From assembly GCA_038087875.1 (NCBI GenBank), contig CM075992.1, positions 2,606,001-2,670,000 of the forward strand: a stretch of DNA of 64,000 bases, written 5' to 3'. This DNA comes from Malacoraja senta (lineage: Eukaryota). Position numbers and translations under genes: made by a program. The notes below the pieces were generated by a model. The model saw only the letters and a list, made by a program, of their open reading frames with translations. It ran no database searches and was not told where the DNA came from. Positions 22,601-34,584 of the stretch are shown here, piece by piece; positions within the stretch are counted from its first letter, which is position 1; the number at the start of each line of letters is the position of its first letter.

Positions 22601-25600
22601 GAAGAATCAGAGTGCATGTTCACCTGTGCAATCCTGTGCTACATAGACAGCAATGCCCAGCGATTCAGAGTCGTCAGCTTGCTCCACTGCTTTTCTAAAA
22701 ACAAAATGAAGAACCAGTTTCATGACATCATGTGACAACAAAGGCATGGCTGCAAACCAACTTGGCTTCCCAATATTTCTTCAGGCCCATCTGATGGTTT
22801 CCAAAGGTCTTTCTGAATCTCAACCACGTGGCATTCCTACACACGGCAGAGCGACAGATAGCAAGAAGCACGGCAGCCCCAATCTGAACATGCAGAGACA
22901 GGTTTGGCTGCGATCACTGAAGAACACTCAAGGGAAACGAGTTCTGGATAATATTTGCTCTCTAGCCAATGAATTAATTCCACTAGATTAACTGTCAAGA
23001 TCAGGTAATTCAACCCAGATAAACCAAATTCCAACAACTCAATGTGAAAGAATTTCTCCCTCAGATCACATATAAATCCCCCTACCCCTTATACCTGTGT
23101 CCTCTTGTTTTGGAGAACCCCACCATAGGAATAAGATTCTTACTATCTACCCCATTCATCCCTCCAGGTTTGTATACCTCTATGTCATCCCTCAGCCCCC
23201 TCTGCTCTATTGAAAATAAACCCATCCTATCTAATCACTCCTTATAATCTAAAAGCCCCAATCCAAGCTGTATCCCGGTGAACCTTCTCTTACTACTCTA
23301 GCACACTCACATCTTTTTTGTAGTAGTGTAGCTTTACTTTGGACACTCTGATTGGTAATGTGCTACACAGATACAACTTTCCCTTCCACAAACTTTACTT
23401 ACTTGATGATATGTGCTACAATGGACGGGCCATACCAGTCTCCAGCCTTCTTCCCAGAGCTCTTTCCGTATTCTACAAGCCGATGTACTCCAAATGGGGC
23501 CTTGGGGTGGTCACCAAACCAGGAAATGATTTTTCGATGCTCCATTTCCTCTTTGTCCATTCTGAAGGGGTCAGCGTTGGCCCGACTCAATGTCCGTGCA
23601 CACGCTTGTGGGACAGCGGACCCTTGGGCACGGAGGCTTCTACTTCTGTCCAATTGCGAGCCGAGGACTTCAGAGAAAGCTGACCAGTTTGTGATGTTGG
23701 ACCTGGATGGCGATCTGGTTTCGGCCTCTGACTCCACAGAGAGTAACACATCAGGCCAGGTCCAGTCTAAAGGAAAGACGGCCATTAGAAACCAGGGCTG
23801 GCATTAATAGAAAATAAATTCATCCAAGATTGGAAGTTTACAATGCTGTCAAAGCAGAAAATGATGGAAATGCTCAGCAATTCAATCCATGGATCCAAAC
23901 TATTCAATTACCTTTCAGCTGAGCTTGAATAAGCTGCTTAACTATGCAGAGGGGGGATGTGGTGAGGGAAATGCATTTGATGTAGGAGAAGTAAGTATTT
24001 AAAGGATTGTGCAACATGAGAGAGGCCAAAATGGAACGTGTAAAGATTGAAAATATTAAAGCGTTTTGGGGAGATTTAACTGGAACAAAATAATTAGCAT
24101 CCAAGATTGCTGAACGCACTGCTCAGTCTGGTAGACTGTAACATGCCTTGTCAAAAGCTCACACCGGGTTTTCCCAATGTAGGTGGCAGAGGACAGAAAG
24201 ATTTCAACAAACATTCACGGCCATTCACCATCCTCTAGTATAGCCCAAAGTGGCAACTTTTCATTAGAGAAAAGACAGTCGCAAACACAGTTATATATGG
24301 TAGGAAAAGATCCCATTAAAAGACATTTGGACAGGAACATGGATAGGAAAGGTTTAGTGGGATAAGAGCCAAAAAGCAGGCATGTGGGACTAGCATAGAT
24401 GGGGCACCTTGGCCATCCTGTTGGGCTGAAAAGCTTGTTTCCATGCTGTACGACTCAAATCTGATCCTGTTTTCACCAGGAGTGGATTGGCACTGACCAG
24501 GAGCATGAATGATTCCTCCACTTTAGTTTAAGGACAGGGAACTGCAGAATTTTTATTGCTAACCTCAGTAACAGGTGAAGATTTATTTCATAAGCGATAG
24601 GAGCAGAATTAGGCTATTCGGCCCATCAAATCTACTTCACCATTCAACCAATGCTGATCTATCTCTCCCTCTCGACCCTATTCTCAGGCTTTCTCCCTAT
24701 AACCCCTGACATTCATACCAATTAAGAATCTATCTCTGCCTTAAAAATATCCATTGATTTGGCCAAGTTGAATTCTTTGCCACAGAAGACTGTGGAAGCA
24801 AAGTGAGTGGATATATTTAAGGCAAAGATAGATAGATACTTGATTAGTACGGGTGTCAGAGGTTTTGGGGAGAAGGCAGGAGAATGGGGTTAGGCGGGAA
24901 AGATAGATCTGCCATGATTGAATGGCGGAGTAGACTTGATGGGCCGAATGGCCTAATTCTGCTCCTATCACTTATGATGAACAACAATCTGGGGTAAAAA
25001 AATAAAACAAAGTGCAAAGTTTACTTCGGGAGAGAAGATGGACAAGCAGTCCTTGGGCGAGCAGCATCTGTCCGCTGCGTAGCATGCAGCCCCAGCCACA
25101 ATCTGTCGTCCAAATTGAACCCTCCAGCGGCGGAAATTCACGACGGTACGTCAACCAGATTCGAGAGCCGAAGTCTTTCCTGAACAGCTCGACTACGGGA
25201 GAAGGAGCATTTTGGTTGTCTCTTGCCTCGTGAACGGATTCTGGACTTGGTGGCGAATCAGCTGATGGTGGGGAAAGAGATGGTTTTGTTATTACTAGTT
25301 CTTGACGGTTAGCAACGTTCAAAAGTGCCCAGGCCCAGAAATGAACGCGTTACCTTCTGACTCAAACTGGTAGCACCATCCCAGCAGAAAAATTGGGGAG
25401 GTTTTGCTGAAATTTGTTCTTCCTTTCACCACCCAGCCTGCAGAAACACAAATCGGTTAGTACAGCCCGTTACTAAAGGCAAGTCTTTATAACTGAAGCG
25501 CTGACAACACAAGGCAAAAAGGCAAGGGAAAGATGTTTGGGAACCAAATACATTCAGGGCTGAATGGGAAATTAAGTGAGAAACAATATATAGGAGGTAT

Positions 25601-25850
25601 GAAAAGAATTCCTTCTCCACCAAGTGCCCTCACCATATTTGACATTGTTCCATGCGGTCATAAACTTAGCTTTAATCTTGTCCACCTCATCTGGTTCGTT
25701 GGGTTGGGGTTTCTCTGGCAAATTATATTGGCCATTCCAGTTGTTCTCTCGCTCACTGGCTCCTGGGTGCAGTCGCCTCTTAGAATCCGAGGGAGTCAAA
25801 TCCTCCTGGCTCTGGATGTACTGAACGGCAGAAGGCGAGACGGAATTCAT
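16434..25850 (-). CDS. ATG4D: Cysteine protease ATG4D (autophagin-4), complete CDS, 10 coding exons, 1509 nt / 502 aa
   Basis: Exons 25850-25634, 25437-25354, 25192-25025, 23766-23403, 22694-22624, 21507-21362, 21004-20926, 18834-18758, 17368-17249, 16616-16434, all GT-AG and phase-consistent. Peptidase C54 motifs: [19 protein letters not shown] (catalytic Cys), [17 protein letters not shown] (catalytic Asp/His). N-terminus MNSVSP...DEVDK and C-terminus EFVFL are ATG4D-type. Confidence 0.96.
17249..17368 (-). CDS. ATG4D: ATG4D coding exon 9 ([24 protein letters not shown]...VSK)
   Basis: Acceptor cttgttccacag, donor gtaagt; 120 nt. Confidence 0.93.
17406..17962 (+). mobile_element. Rex1/Babar-like LINE 3' fragment
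   Basis: Translation YFRSTIES...IVDAAQTIT...[10 protein letters not shown]...[15 protein letters not shown]; tail gtacctcggtacacgtgacaataaac-(aaact)n, a tail repeated many times in the window. Confidence 0.8.
18758..18834 (-). CDS. ATG4D: ATG4D coding exon 8 ([26 protein letters not shown])
   Basis: Acceptor ccttacag, donor gtaagc; 77 nt; catalytic DPH. Confidence 0.93.
19166..19367. mobile_element. Palindromic Penelope-derived repeat with 15-bp TSD
   Basis: Direct repeat ATAAGATGAGAGCAG at 19151-19165 and 19368-19382; intact motif CTGAAGAAGGGTCTCGACCCGAAACGTC starting at 19238. Confidence 0.8.
19678..20878 (-). mobile_element. CR1/HER1-like LINE, 5'-truncated, with an uninterrupted RT C-terminal ORF (to stop at 19766)
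   Basis: ORF 19766-20902 contains [27 protein letters not shown] and the CR1 C-terminal RRLRGDLIE...VVNLWNSLP; 3' (TTCTATGT)n tail. Inserted into a Rex1 tail (gtac|acgtgacaataaac). Confidence 0.93.
20926..21004 (-). CDS. ATG4D: ATG4D coding exon 7 ([26 protein letters not shown])
   Basis: Acceptor tgtgtgtttgcag, donor gtaggt; 79 nt. Confidence 0.93.
21362..21507 (-). CDS. ATG4D: ATG4D coding exon 6 (VYTGDVV...[24 protein letters not shown])
   Basis: Acceptor ccttctgtgacag, donor gtaaac; 146 nt. Confidence 0.93.
21889..22018 (-). mobile_element. Penelope-derived short repeat with 12-bp TSD, inside a probable hAT-like remnant starting near 21817
   Basis: TAATTTGGTGAT at 21877-21888 and 22019-22030. 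The host begins caagagttcccaacctgggg, resembling a hAT/Charlie TIR; no second TIR seen. Confidence 0.65.
22624..22694 (-). CDS. ATG4D: ATG4D coding exon 5 ([24 protein letters not shown])
   Basis: Acceptor cattttgtttttag, donor gtgaac; 71 nt. Confidence 0.92.
23403..23766 (-). CDS. ATG4D: ATG4D coding exon 4 (NWTWPDV...[25 protein letters not shown]...[11 protein letters not shown])
   Basis: Acceptor gtctttcctttag, donor gtaagt; 364 nt. Confidence 0.93.
25025..25192 (-). CDS. ATG4D: ATG4D coding exon 3 (catalytic Cys; [18 protein letters not shown]...LLSR)
   Basis: Acceptor ccttctcccgtag, donor gtaaac; 168 nt. Confidence 0.93.
25354..25437 (-). CDS. ATG4D: ATG4D coding exon 2 ([28 protein letters not shown])
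   Basis: Acceptor tgtgtttctgcag, donor gtaacg; 84 nt. Confidence 0.92.
25634..25850 (-). CDS. ATG4D: ATG4D coding exon 1 ([11 protein letters not shown]...[20 protein letters not shown]); exon begins at 25943 with 5' UTR
   Basis: ATG at 25850, donor G|gtgagg, upstream acceptor tttttttctctcttccag ending at 25944. Confidence 0.92.
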
Positions 25851-26107
25851 TGGTCACGTAGTTAATGGTCAAAAGACACAGCATCGGTGAGCAGTGCATT
25901 GATTCATTTGCCTCCTGGCTATCTAAATTACAGAAAGGAAATCCTGGAAGAGAGAAAAAAAATTACACAAAAAATTTAAAACCAGCAAATGTTTGGTAAT
26001 TTTCAAAATTCAAAAGGAACAGATCTATAACCCAAAGGAACATAAAATAGGCTAAAGACTCAGCTGAGAGTGAAAAACACAAGTCTACCAAACAAACCTA
26101 CACATTA

Positions 26108-26387
26108 GGGGCAGCGCAGTGGTAGAGTTGCTGCCACACAGCGCCAGAGTCCCGGGTTCGATCCTGACCTCAGGTGCTGTCTGAACAGTCTCTCTGTGAC
26201 TGCCTGGGTTTTCTCCAGGTGCTCCGGTTTCCTCCCACATCCCAAAGTCATGCAGGTTTGTAGGCTAATTGGTTTCTGTAAAATTGTCCCATGTGCGTAG
26301 AATAGAACTAGTGTACGGGTAATAGCTGGTTGACGCGGACTCAGTGGCCTTAAGGGCCTGTTTCCATGCTGCATCTCGAAACTAAAC
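26108..26387 (+). mobile_element. HE1-like tRNA-derived V-SINE
   Basis: A-box (gcgcagtggtagag), B-box (ggttcgatcc), V-domain ggtgctccggtttcctcccac, HER1-like tail. At least 15 related copies in the window (e.g. near 3655, 29664, 35660, 37900, 44190, 47360, 49670, 55236, 62445). Confidence 0.85.
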
Positions 26388-28811
26388 CACCACATTGTGG
26401 CTGCTGTTTAAAGAAACTCCGATAACTACCACTGGATTGTTCTATTTTAAAATATGAAGTTATGTCCCTAAATAGATCCATTAGTTGCTACAACCATATG
26501 CAGTTTTGACCTTGGTAGCCTCCTCTCCCTCCAGCATACTGCTACTTACAGAGTGTATCACAGTACCTTCTGAAGTTTATTACAGAGAATTGCAAAATGT
26601 GCGATATAGAAACAAAGTCGATCTCCAGAGTCATCCATGTCCCATTTCCTCCAGTCACCTGTCTAACCAGTTATGAAATGCTGACTTAGTCTATGTTCTG
26701 TTCAGTAATTCTGTGCTACATTCAACTGCCTTAAATGTAGACATAAGGAACTGCAGATGCTGGTTTATGAAGAGTAGAGTATGAAAAAGGGTGCTGACTC
26801 GAAACGTTGCCTAACTATATCCTCCAGAGATGCTGCTAAACCTGCTGAGTTACTCTAGCATGTTGATTATTTTTCTCCCAGCTTTGAAACCCCGTTTTAA
26901 AACAAACTACTTTTCTGTCGTAAAATTGCTTACATTTAGCTTTTAGTGCATCGACATACACTTGTTTCAGACCTGTCACTGAAAACTAAGCGCTGGTTTC
27001 ATCTGTCTTACCCATTCTCTGTCATAAATACATCAAATGTTTTGTTAGCATGCAACAAAGTGTACTATGATACACTCCGTAAGTAGCAGCTGCTGAAGCT
27101 ATCAAGGTCAGAACTGTACATGGTTGCATTAAGGCAGCAACTAATACAATCATGTATTGTCTTTCTGCTGACTGGATAGCCCGCAACAAAAGCTTTTCAC
27201 TGTACCTCGGTACACCTGACAATAAATAAACTAATCTAAACTAATCAGGTCTTCATCTCTGTTCTAAAGTAAACAACCATAAGATGAAAGGATAAGATGA
27301 AAGATCTCAAAGGATTGTGAACCTTCAGAATTCTCTACCACAGAAAGTATGGAGAATGAATCACTGAATTTGGTCAAGACCGAAAGAGAAAGATTTGTGA
27401 ACTACAGCAGAGTGGATTATAGGAAATTCAGTAGACTTGAAACTATGGTCTGAGCAGAGTTGACTTTATTGAATACTAAGATAGACACACAATGCTGGAG
27501 TATCTCAGCGGGGCAGGCAGTATCTCTGGCGAGAAGAAAAAGATGATGTTTCGGGTCTGGACCCTTCTTCAGACTGAGAATTCTGAGAAGGTTCTTGACC
27601 TGAAATGTCACCCATTCCTTCTCTCCAGATATGCTGTCTGTCCCGCTGAGTTACTCCAGCATTTTGTGTCAGCATCTGCAGCTCCTTCCTACTTCACTGA
27701 CTAGCTAATTAGGCTCAAGGGACTCCATGGCCTATTCCAGTTGCTATTTCAAGTTCTTAAGAGCAGCAATGTCACAGGACCACCATCTGTACCAATAATA
27801 CACCATCCCAATCTGCCACTAATCCAAATGCTGGGCCTACATTCAGGTTGTATTTAAAGCTGCTGCAAGATCAAAATTACAAGCCTGCCGGGATTCAAGA
27901 TGGCAACCACTACCTTAAGGACTGAAAGCATGCATTGTGGCTCTATCGCTCCTGTAACGAGTTCCACAAGATGTTTGGGACAATCGTGCATTAGCTTAGT
28001 TACTCTTAGTACATTCCAAAGATTTTAAATTGAACAGTGCACACACCATTCGTCTGTTGGTACAGCGCTGCCCTTTGGTAGACAAGAGGAGAATTACAGT
28101 ACTATTGTTCTCTCCAAATGGACCATACTTAAGGCATTATCCAGGATATTAAATACTAAATTACACTGTTATGGTGTGTAGAGTTGCCCCTTTCAATATG
28201 TTGTAAAGCTTGTGCCAGGACTGTCTGTGCTACCACAGGTACAGTCAGTACTGGGTTATTAATTCTTCTCATAAATAACAATACCCAGGCAAAAGGAGCT
28301 CAATTATTCCAGGTTTAAAACCAAATTTCCAAAGCCAACACAAAACTTTGAGGCATAAAACATTGAGCACTCCTCAATAATAGATTATAAAAAACCTGTC
28401 CATTTGCTCTGCTGGTTGACATCTCAAAGCTTTTGTTTGGAGAACTGTTTGAGGAATTAAAGTTCAAATTGTAGGAAAGAGCCAAGACTGAAAAGAGTTG
28501 GAAAATGGAAAGTAATTCACATTGCATGAAATTCACAAGACTCAACTTAGTCTTTAAGACGTCGTGGTAGGAAAAGCTGACGGATGAATTCAAGAGATTT
28601 AAGATCCCAATAAAAGACGAGCTACAATGGGAGACAGTACATTGTGCTGGTGTTTGTTGACTTACACTGACATGCTGTTAGGCAAAGCAGGATACATTCT
28701 TATCCTGCTTTCCAAATGCTTCAGTGATTTCCACATGGTCACTGGAACCTCGTCCAGCCCAACAACTGAGATCACCGTGTCTCTAATTCTGGGCTCAACT
28801 AAATCATTCCA

Positions 28812-29206
28812 TCCTCCTAATAGATAAATTTGACCAATTCATAACGAGTTGGTCTCCATTTGTCGTCTTTTTGGAAACGTATGGTGCAAAACAGGTGTAA
28901 AAGCTAATCCGTGAGTGCGGATGGTCAAGATTATAAATGATCTCCTTCTATTTTCTTTTCTTCTCTTCTTTTCATTTATTCTCTTTCTTCTATTTTCTAT
29001 GTCTCAACTTTCTTATTTCATTCTTTATTTTTATTTTTCACACACTATATATCTCACATTTTTCTATTTTTCATTATCTAACTTTTTTCCTTTTCTTCTT
29101 TATTTTAAAAAAAATTTTAAATAAGAAGCTGTACATAAAAGGTATTATGAAAATATGATTGTATACAATTGTACTTACTTCTAATAAAATAAAAATTTAA
29201 AAAAAA
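28812..29206 (+). mobile_element. L1/Tx1-like LINE 3' end with poly(A) and 14-bp TSD
   Basis: TSD ACTAAATCATTCCA at 28798-28811 and 29207-29220; ORF remnant DKFDQFITSWSPF; T-rich UTR; AATAAA and A-tail. Confidence 0.75.
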
Positions 29207-31107
29207 ACTAAATCATTCCAGAATTGGCAACCATATCCTTGGCTTCTAAATTCCTGAATTCTCTTTCTAAACATTTCAATTTTACAATTTCCACCTTTCA
29301 TACTTATTAAAACCCACCTCTCAACTGAGCAGCTGTACTGATGACATCTTATGTGACATCTTGTATAATAACACCACCACCAATTACTACAATAGAAAGG
29401 TACCATAAATTAATATCAGAATAGAATTCTATGTTCATGACAATGGCTAATGATAATTAAAAGTAAGTATTTAATAACCTGCCAAATTTCACAATGACAA
29501 TACATCTTTCCCAAAGCATGACAAATGGCCAATACTTATTTTCACCCAAACTTTACAGTTTCATCGACTGGAACAAAAGACTTACTTTTTTAAATCTCTT
29601 TGTGACCACGGCCTGACAAGCTGGGAAAAGCATCCAAGACAATCAAGAACCAATCAAGGATCGGAACGGTAGCGCAGGAGTAGAGTCGCTGCCTTACAGC
29701 GCCAGAGACCTGGGATCAATCCCTGTGACCGCATGGGTTTTCTCCGAGATCCTCTATTTCCTCCCACACTCCAAAGACATACAGGTTTGTAGGTTAATTG
29801 GCATGGTATAAATGTAAAATTCTCACTAGTGTGTTAAGATTGTATGAATGTGCAGGGATCGCTGGTCGGCGTGGACTGAAGGGCCTGTTTCCACACTGTA
29901 TCTCTAAACTAACTAAACAATTACACCTCGGGTCATTCCCTCTTCTCTCCTTTCCCATTGGGCAAAAGATACAAAAGTGTGGAAGCACACACCACCATAT
30001 TCAGGAACAACTTCTTCCCCTGCTTTTGGCCTGTTCAACGGACCTCTCACAAGCTCAGGATATAGTCCCAATCCTCCAATCTACTTCATTGTGGACCATG
30101 CACTTTAAAAAAAATTGGACTTTCTCTGCACTTGTAACACCATATTCTGCAATCTAACTTACTTATGTAAGGTTGAATTGTACTCATGTATAGTAAGTTT
30201 GCCAGGACAACCGCAAAATAAAGATTTCCACTGTATCTCAGTGCAGGCGACAATAATAGACTAATATCATTTCTTTCCCACTTTTTCAAAATTGGTTTTG
30301 ATACAGTAACAGAAGTAGCCAGTTAGCTGAAGTTGTTGAATTCAGATTAGATTTTGGGAGCCTGTAATGTGCACAGGTGCTACGTTGTTTTAAGGGAATT
30401 GGAGCTCACAGACACGAGGTCAGATTGAGAGGCAGAATTGAAGTGACAGATAACAGGAAGTTTGGGATTACCTCTGCAAACTCAATGCCGATACTTTGCA
30501 AACTGCTCATCCAGTCTGCATTTGGTTTCTGTAATGCAGAGACCACATGGTGAACAACCAACGCATACTAAACTGGAAACAAAACCTCCAGAACCGACTA
30601 CTTTTGTTGTAATTTATTTATTTGTGAGTCCGATTTCTCCCCCTCTCCATTAGTAAAGCCTAACTTGTAGGACATTTCCTATTCTTATAATTACCCTCAC
30701 TTGGGATACTGTTCCCTTACAATTCATTTCCTTACAATTTAAAGGCTTTCAGTCGCATTCACCACCAACTCTGTTGAATTCTCATCCGTATGGCTGTTGG
30801 CCTTTTACAAATTGAATTATATACAAATGGAATCAAAATTACAGCCTTAAGAATCAAACTAAATATACTCTCCCACCCAAAGAATAATGTAATACATATT
30901 CACATTTATTGATCAATCGTTTAACAACCTGATAAGCTCTTGGAGCAGAATTAGGCCATCCGGCCCATCAAGTCTACTCCACCACTCAATCATGGCTGAG
31001 CAGCGGCAATTCTTTTACAAACATTGCAATTACAATTTCACCTGTTGTGAAGAACTCTGGCAGCGTGAAGAAACTTCCATATAGCGATCAGGTTAAAAAA
31101 TAAAACA

Positions 31108-31328
31108 ACTCACGGTCGAATCGAGTGGTGAACAGCTACAAATGGTTCGGGATGTCCCCGTGAATGTGAGAGGTTGTAAATGCACCCAAATCTGCCACTG
31201 GGACATGTAGCTGCAATAACCCCGTGGGCATCATGAACTAACACGGCCGGCCTGCTACACACTACACCACTCCTGGGCGCTCCATTGGCATTTAAGAGTG
31301 AGAGGGGATGGCAGGAGTGGATGCAGAG
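31108..31328. promoter_or_regulatory. Probable ATG4D first non-coding exon / edge of a bidirectional promoter
   Basis: Locally CpG-enriched. Minus-strand donor GTGAGT at 31113-31108, ZNF143/THAP11-type motif GCTACAtgTCCCA on - (31199-31211), ATTGG (CCAAT) near 31284. Lies between the divergent ATG4D and TYK2 and is cut off by the gap. Confidence 0.45.
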
Positions 31329-31528
31329 NNNNNNNNNNNNNNNNNNNNNNNNNNNNNNNNNNNNNNNNNNNNNNNNNNNNNNNNNNNNNNNNNNNNNNNN
31401 NNNNNNNNNNNNNNNNNNNNNNNNNNNNNNNNNNNNNNNNNNNNNNNNNNNNNNNNNNNNNNNNNNNNNNNNNNNNNNNNNNNNNNNNNNNNNNNNNNNN
31501 NNNNNNNNNNNNNNNNNNNNNNNNNNNN
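31329..31528. other. Assembly gap (200 N)
   Basis: Run of N. Confidence 1.
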
Positions 31529-33685
31529 ACCTCGCTAAAAAAGTTGAAAATCTTTTGGAATTCTGTTCTGGGAAGCAATGAAATCAGGAGAGCTGCGCAT
31601 CATTCTTGGAACATGACTCATTGGCATAATTTCCTTATACTTTGTTCTGTATTCTCCAGTTGAACCGGCCCTTGGAACTTGCTGCGTCTACTTGGTCAAT
31701 CCTTCTCAGAGTTTACTGTGTTTCGATGAGATCACTGCTCATCTAGCAATCTGCCGATTATTTACTCGAAACAACACATAAAGCTTTTCACTGTACCTCG
31801 GTACACGTGACAATAAACTAAACTGAAGTGAACATAGTCATCCATTTACTGCCTCACCCTATTGTCAAGTGATTTAAACAGCCACCTGCAGGTTATTATG
31901 TTGCATATCTGGCAGATTGACAATTTAAAAAGGCTTGCAGAATTCCAGTAGGTTTTCAACTCAAATGCTGGCACAAGTTCACCTCAGTCGAGGATTGACA
32001 CCTGCGGTTGTAACATAGGATTGTGAAAGCAACTGCAGACTCATGCATTCATGGAAGTGTGTGAACATTTATGGAGCTTTAGGTTGCACAACTCTTCAAG
32101 GAAATAACATTGAAGTCAAAGTCAGCTGATCAAGTTAAACTGGCAGATGATGATTTGTGCTATATCTCAGTTGAGAATTATGGGCGAATAATGTCAAATA
32201 GCCTAAGCATTCTGTGTAGAAATGAACAAAATCAGGGGGATGGTCATGAAAACAGTGGCAGGAGTCTGCAATGATCATACTCAGCACTTTTCAGCTTTGT
32301 AGACATCAAATTACAGGCATGCTGAGCCCATCGAGTTTCTTTAAGGTGAATTATGTGAAGAAATGTCACGTCTATTTGTGTACACAGGGTCTATTTGTGT
32401 ACACAGGCGTGGCTTTGCGGTGCTAAATCAACATAGCAACAAGAAACAAGATTGCAATTTTATATGTATTTTTGTATCTCCTTATACTGTTTGATGTGTT
32501 CTATGGACCTGTGTCTGAAATAAAGCTTTTATTATTATAATTATTAAACGCATGACTTGGATTACAAGAGGCTCACCTGGAGCTTGTTGTGACCTAACCA
32601 GATAGCAAATGATTAATGCTGCCGACAATCATTGCTGTGGTGTCATTCAGCTTGCATGATTTCAGCTGCCCAGTTAGACAATACACCATATGATTACCTA
32701 TGGAAATTATCCATGGTTATGAGGACCATTTGATATGGACGAGGGAGTACTCGCTGCATTGCTATTGAATAAACAATTTTCCTTTTTAAGGCAGAGATAG
32801 ATAGATTCTTGATTAGTACGGGTGTCAGGGGTTGTGGGGAGAAGGCAGGAGAATGGTGTTCGGAGGGAGAGATAGATCAGCCATGACGGAGTAGATTTGA
32901 TGGGCCGATTGACCTAATTCTGCTCCTATCACTTATGAACATGAACTTTGAGTCTGAAGAAGGGTCCCGACCCGAAGCGTCACCTATCCACGCTCTCCAA
33001 CGATGCTGCCTGACCCGTTGATTTGCTCCAGCACTTTGTGTCAGAATTTTCTACCCTTTCTTCTTTTTATTTGCTTGCACTGTTACCTCAGGGAGCATGT
33101 ATTCAAATAAAACATTTAAAAAAATGTAGGACATCCCAAATGCTTTTCACATAATAAAATATCCTGACAGTGGTCCTTGTTATAAAGTAAGCAACAGCAG
33201 TATTCAGTTTATGTGTGGGTAGCTTGCGTAATAGCTGACTGTTCGTGATTCAAGCAATTTGCTTTTAAGGAACAAGTATTGCATCAAGCTATTGGTGGAG
33301 TGCTTCAGCTTCACATTGTCAAGTCAAGTCACTTTTATTTCTATAGCACATTTAAAAAACAACTCTCGTTGGCCAAAGTGCTTTACATTGGTGGAGGTAC
33401 TAACGTTATACAACAGTGGTTCATAGATTAAATACATACATAAATACATACATATAGCCCACACTCAGAGGACATCAAGAGAGTAAATAGCTGACTATAA
33501 TAGCTATTACATTGTCTGTATCTTTGATATAATTCAGAGAGGGCAGACACTTTGTTTAACATCCAATGGTGTCCTGGAATGTACCACTGCCTTGGTCTCA
33601 CTGCCAAAATGTGGCGACACTTGTGTACTGCCTCGGTGAGGTCTGCTACATGATTTCACTAGGTTGTATGCAAAACAAAAGGCAT

Positions 33686-34160
33686 TTCAGCTTACAACCC
33701 AGTGGTAGGAATATTGATTTCTCTAACTTCAAGTAACCCTTGCATCCTCTCTCTCTCCATCCCTCCCGCACCCAAGTCATTACACTAGCTTCAAAGCTGT
33801 CTTGTTGAGTGTCATTGTCTGTAATTCGTTTCACCTAGACCACAGTTAACAATGGCCTGTTCCATTCATCATCGTTACTTTTTTGCATATCTTTCATTCA
33901 TTTGTTCTATATCTCTCCATATCACCGTCTACATCTCTCATTTCCCTTTCCCCTGACTCGGTCTGAAGAAGGGTCTCGACCTGAAACGTCACCTATTCCT
34001 TTTCTCCAGAGATGCTGCCCTTTGACCCGCTGAGTTACTCCAGCTTTTTGTGTCTATCTTCAGCATTTCACCGAAGATAGACACAAAATGCTGGGGTTAC
34101 TCAGCGGGACAGGCGGCATCTCTGGAGAAAAGGAATGGGTGATGTTTTGGGTTGAGACCA
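33686..34160 (+). mobile_element. Penelope-like element 3' end (GIY-YIG C-terminus, pseudo-LTR, inverted partial copy)
   Basis: SLQPSGRNIDFSNFK* followed by a pyrimidine-rich UTR, the motif CTGAAGAAGGGTCTCGACCTGAAACGTC at 33964, and an inverted partial repeat. Confidence 0.75.
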
Positions 34161-34584
34161 GGTATTTCAATGCACTGAGGTACATCTGACAAGAAAGTAG
34201 GATTGAATCATTGAAGTGCTGGATTGTTAACTTGTTTGATAAGGCTTTTGTCTCTACAGGGTGTGGTTTGTGGTGGCTTGTGGTTGCTTTCAGATCTGGA
34301 AATACATCATTCCCTAGAGGTCTGATCACTGGTGAATAAGACCATTTGGAATATCTCCATTTGGATATTCTCATCAATGTGTTAAAACCTCCATGGATGT
34401 GTTCCAACAATTATTTAAAATATATTTGCGTGTATGAAACATCTGTAGTTTTGTAATTGCTGGTAATTAAATTTTAAGTAAATGCTGCTTTTACAGATGA
34501 ATCCAGTCAGAGCAGAGCAGTCATACATGGAGCAGTAACCACAATATCAATAATAATCAATAATCAGAAATAAAAATAGTGGAT

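Noticed and set aside
25193..25322. N-terminal extension of ORF 24972-25322 as an alternative ATG4D start
   Set aside because: It lies in a 161-nt GT-AG intron and starts at a non-ATG codon; the spliced form gives the expected ATG4D sequence.
31255..31663. ORFs spanning the N runs (also 63158-63539)
   Set aside because: Artefacts of gap characters.
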